From contig JBHGNT010000014.1 in the NCBI GenBank assembly GCA_043228905.1, positions 5,146,001-5,210,000 on the forward strand: a stretch of 64,000 nt of DNA. The letters are read 5' to 3'. Positions within the stretch are counted from its first letter, which is position 1. The number at the start of each line of letters is the position of its first letter. Under the pieces are notes generated by a model. The model was given only the letters and a program-made list of their open reading frames with translations, was not told the origin of the DNA and searched no databases. Below, in pieces: positions 61,068 to 64,000 of the stretch. Position numbers and translations under genes: made by a program. Origin of the DNA: Azolla caroliniana (Eukaryota; Plantae; Polypodiophyta).

Positions 61068-62583
61068 TATGTGTTATCCGTGGGATTGAAAGTATAGTGT
61101 GTTGGTACATGGATAGATAAGTGAAGTCTTTGTATTAAAAGACATGTGTAAGTGTATGTGCAAATGTGCACATGAGTGAGTGAGTATATTAATATGTAAA
61201 GTGGGTAGGTTGTTACAAGGTTATGTAACTAACCTACAACCCTCATGGATGTTCTTGGATTGTAACCCTTATGGAATGTACCTATATAACCCCACCATAG
61301 GGGACATGAATGAAATACAAGTTTTCCTCTCCACATTGTTTTGTCTCTCTCTTTATCTCTTTCTCTCTCTCTCATGCTCAACCCCCTCAACCCCCTTGGG
61401 AGGGGAGGTGGAGCTCTTCTTGGCTCCACCACCCACCCATCAACAACCCCGATGGCAAAGATGACGATGATACGAACCGTAATTGCGCTTGCCGCGGCGA
61501 AAGGGTGGCACCTCCATCAAGTGGATGTTAAGAACGCCTTTCTACAAGGCGAATTAGAAGATCAACCTCCGAATTTGTTTTTTCCCTCGACTGTTGAGCA
61601 ATATCTTGGCGCAGCAAAAAGCAACCAACCGTCGCTCTTTCGAGCACAGAGGCGGAATACAGGGGCGCGGCAATGGCCACATGTGAAGCCGTATGGCTCA
61701 GACGGATACTCAAGGATCTGGGCGTACCCATCAAGGATCCGACTTCCCTTTACTGCGACAACATGAGCAATATCTATCTGGCTCGGAACCCGGTGTTCCA
61801 TGCGCGGACAAAGCACATCGAAGTGCACTACTACCACTTCATCCGAGAGCGCATTCTAGCTGGCGATGTCGACCTACAACACATTAGCACCAATCTTCAA
61901 ACGGCCGACATCTTCACTAAAGCCTTAGGAGCCGACAAGCTATGGCAATTTATGACCAATCTTGGATTGACGATCCCTGACCTGCCAAGCTTGAGGGGGA
62001 GTACTGAAGACACTACACAATAACGTGTGGATTCCGCAACCGCGCAACGAACCCGCGAAGAGCCGATCTACCGCGCAAAGCCGCGAAGAAAGACGCAAGC
62101 CGAACCACAGACTTCGCAACTATGCACAATGCAAGTTGGAGCACAAATTCCACAACTCCACATAAATACGAGTTGACGCGGACTCCGGAACGCGAGTCGA
62201 AGAGGATTTCGGATACCGTCTGAAACCGACCCAACTTGAGCTTGAGGGGGCGTGTTGAGAATCAAGGTCAACTTGGTTTAGTGTGTGAACTCACCTTGAG
62301 AGTGAATAGACACTCCAACGGTCAAGAGCCACCATTATGTCACCACTTTGTATTCTAGGATTTAGTATGAGTCATAGAATCATATTCTATGACACATAAC
62401 TTATGAGCTTTCACATTCCCCATGCTCCATGAGTCTTGTAGTTAATGAAGAGAGAGGGTGACTATATAAAGCACCCTCCTCCCACCTTGTATGACATTGA
62501 GTCTTTCTCCTTTGTTAATATACTTAACCTTGCGTATTCTCTGTGTCTTACTCATTGTCTCTCTCTCACACACACACTCTCTC

Positions 62584-62658
<75 letters not shown>

Positions 62659-64000
62659 GTTCATATCTATCTTGCTGCACAGAATCCATTTCTTGATTCT
62701 TTACAGAGTCATATAATGCGTCTCTAGCAAATACTTCAACTCCGATGGAAATCGACACCACACGTCGTCACAGACCATTATCGGAAGAGGAAAAGTAGTG
62801 ATGCTGAGAAAATCGACTATGTCTCTATTGCGGTAGACCAAGGCATATTGTAGTGAACTATCCCCATAGGCCAAGAAGACAGGTAAACCAAATAGTCGCT
62901 AGTTCTAATTGTACTAAACCAGAGTCTATTTTAGTAGGAATATCTGATAGTCCTAATAGTACTAATAGCCCAAATCTATCAAACAAATTTGATGTCCTTA
63001 GTCAGTTAAAAGAAGAGATAAATGACTAAGTGCACCTAAAATAGGAGCCGTTTGGTTGGACAACCCTAGATCTGTGCAACCCATTAGTGGTTCCATTCCC
63101 TCTAAGCAAGTTAGCAATGTGTTCTTAGATCAAGTAACAGTTAGTACTAAAAGTACCCCTCTAATACATGCCTTAGCAGTCCTAGATTCCGGAGCTAATT
63201 CTTGCTTCATGGATAGGAATTTTGCCCAAGCTCATCAGATATCTCGAAGAAAACTCCCTTGTCCAACCTCCGTAGTAGTCATTGATTGTCGTTCCAATGC
63301 TTCCGGAAATATCATAGAAGAGTCAGAGCTAGTTAATATTGTCCTAGATAATTTAGCGTGTCGTATCATTTAATATAACTAGTAGCCCAGAACATCCCAT
63401 TGTTTTGGGATTACCATGGTTCGAATTATATAACCCAGACATAGATCGGAGAACAAGAGAAATCCGGTATCGACAAATCCGAGGATCTACTCATAAGATT
63501 GTAACCATTTTGCTACATCAATTGCATGAGGACGGACGCAAGGAAGCAATGTTTATCTTCACGATATCAGTAAAACCTTGCAACACCACTAAAGAGGAAT
63601 CCACAGTTCAACTTCTAGAGAAGTATTGTCATTATGCCGATTTGTTCCAGAGAAGATTCCTACTCGAGCAAGAATATTGTCGACGGCTTTGTCGATGCTT
63701 GCCATCATCCCTTGCTCTCACATCATTCGTTCCACCATCGTACACATAAGCTTCATTTGCTCCTCCATTTCTCCTTGTCGCTGACTTCATGTCGGGTTCA
63801 CCAAATGTGTCGGGGTAGTTGTTGTTTGTGCGGCAAAGTCACAAGGACTAAGGTTAAGGGGAGTTGAAGGAACTTTTATATGGATTGCACACAAATGTTA
63901 TGAAGATTAAGGCTATGAAGAATAAGAGTTTAAAGTAATGTGTGAGAGAGAGAGACGAGTATAGATAAAAGATAGAGACAATGTATGATTCAAGAAGCAA

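Larger units (their letters stand above)
58964..61445 (+). mobile_element. Non-autonomous LTR element 'E' (2.5 kb, TRIM/LARD-like) with tRNA-Arg sites at both internal ends
   Basis: LTRs 58964-59336 and 61072-61445; TSD GCCCC/ACCCC, whose removal restores ETFAP-MAKMT of H; non-coding interior. Confidence 0.92.
55357..62705 (+). mobile_element. Ty1/Copia 'H', degenerate, RT core deleted, interrupted by element E
   Basis: 453-bp LTRs (55357-55809, 62253-62705) containing (CA)n; TSD GAGTC; PBS TGGTATCAAAGC 55810-55821; PPT 62244-62250; gag, PR, INT, RT start and RH fragments. Confidence 0.95.
50100..63650 (+). mobile_element. Degenerate Ty3/Gypsy 'I' (chromovirus, Tcn1-like): putative 5' LTR 50100-~54326 split by a TIR element, and gag split by Copia H; right end approximate
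   Basis: Gag KEPKIGLPMKFNGTR, LLSGMALAWF and RLRQG; after H come TPMEID, LCLYCG and protease VLDSGANSCFMD...GLPWF. Confidence 0.7.

Overview
Eukaryotic nuclear DNA, almost certainly a land plant and probably a fern or other non-seed plant (inferred from the retroelement lineages and a PLS-type PPR gene). Bases 1-30036 are a five-level nest of LTR retrotransposons (labelled here): Gypsy G contains Copia F, which contains Copia D, which contains Gypsy A, which contains a very young, nearly intact Tnt1-like Copia B. Full-length Gypsy C is also inserted in D. Bases 30-47 kb are a gene island with a 3-exon GDSL lipase (-), an intronless PLS/E+ PPR gene (+) and a possible cryptic spliced gene. Bases 47-64 kb are a second TE cluster: a LINE, a 3.9-kb TIR element with a palindrome array, a Tcn1-like Gypsy I, Copia H and a non-autonomous LTR element E. 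The most striking observation is that three elements (related Gypsies C and G, and non-autonomous E) have no polypurine tract. Where the PPT should be, just before the 3' LTR, each carries a sense copy of a tRNA-Arg 3' end (T-arm-like stem plus CCCAYGGGYGTGCCA), which is a second, inverted primer-binding site. C and E also carry an ordinary tRNA-Arg PBS after the 5' LTR. This suggests retrotransposons that prime both cDNA strands with tRNA or a tRNA mimic. All coordinates were read by eye, and the tRNA identities come from recalled plant tRNA sequences and need checking.
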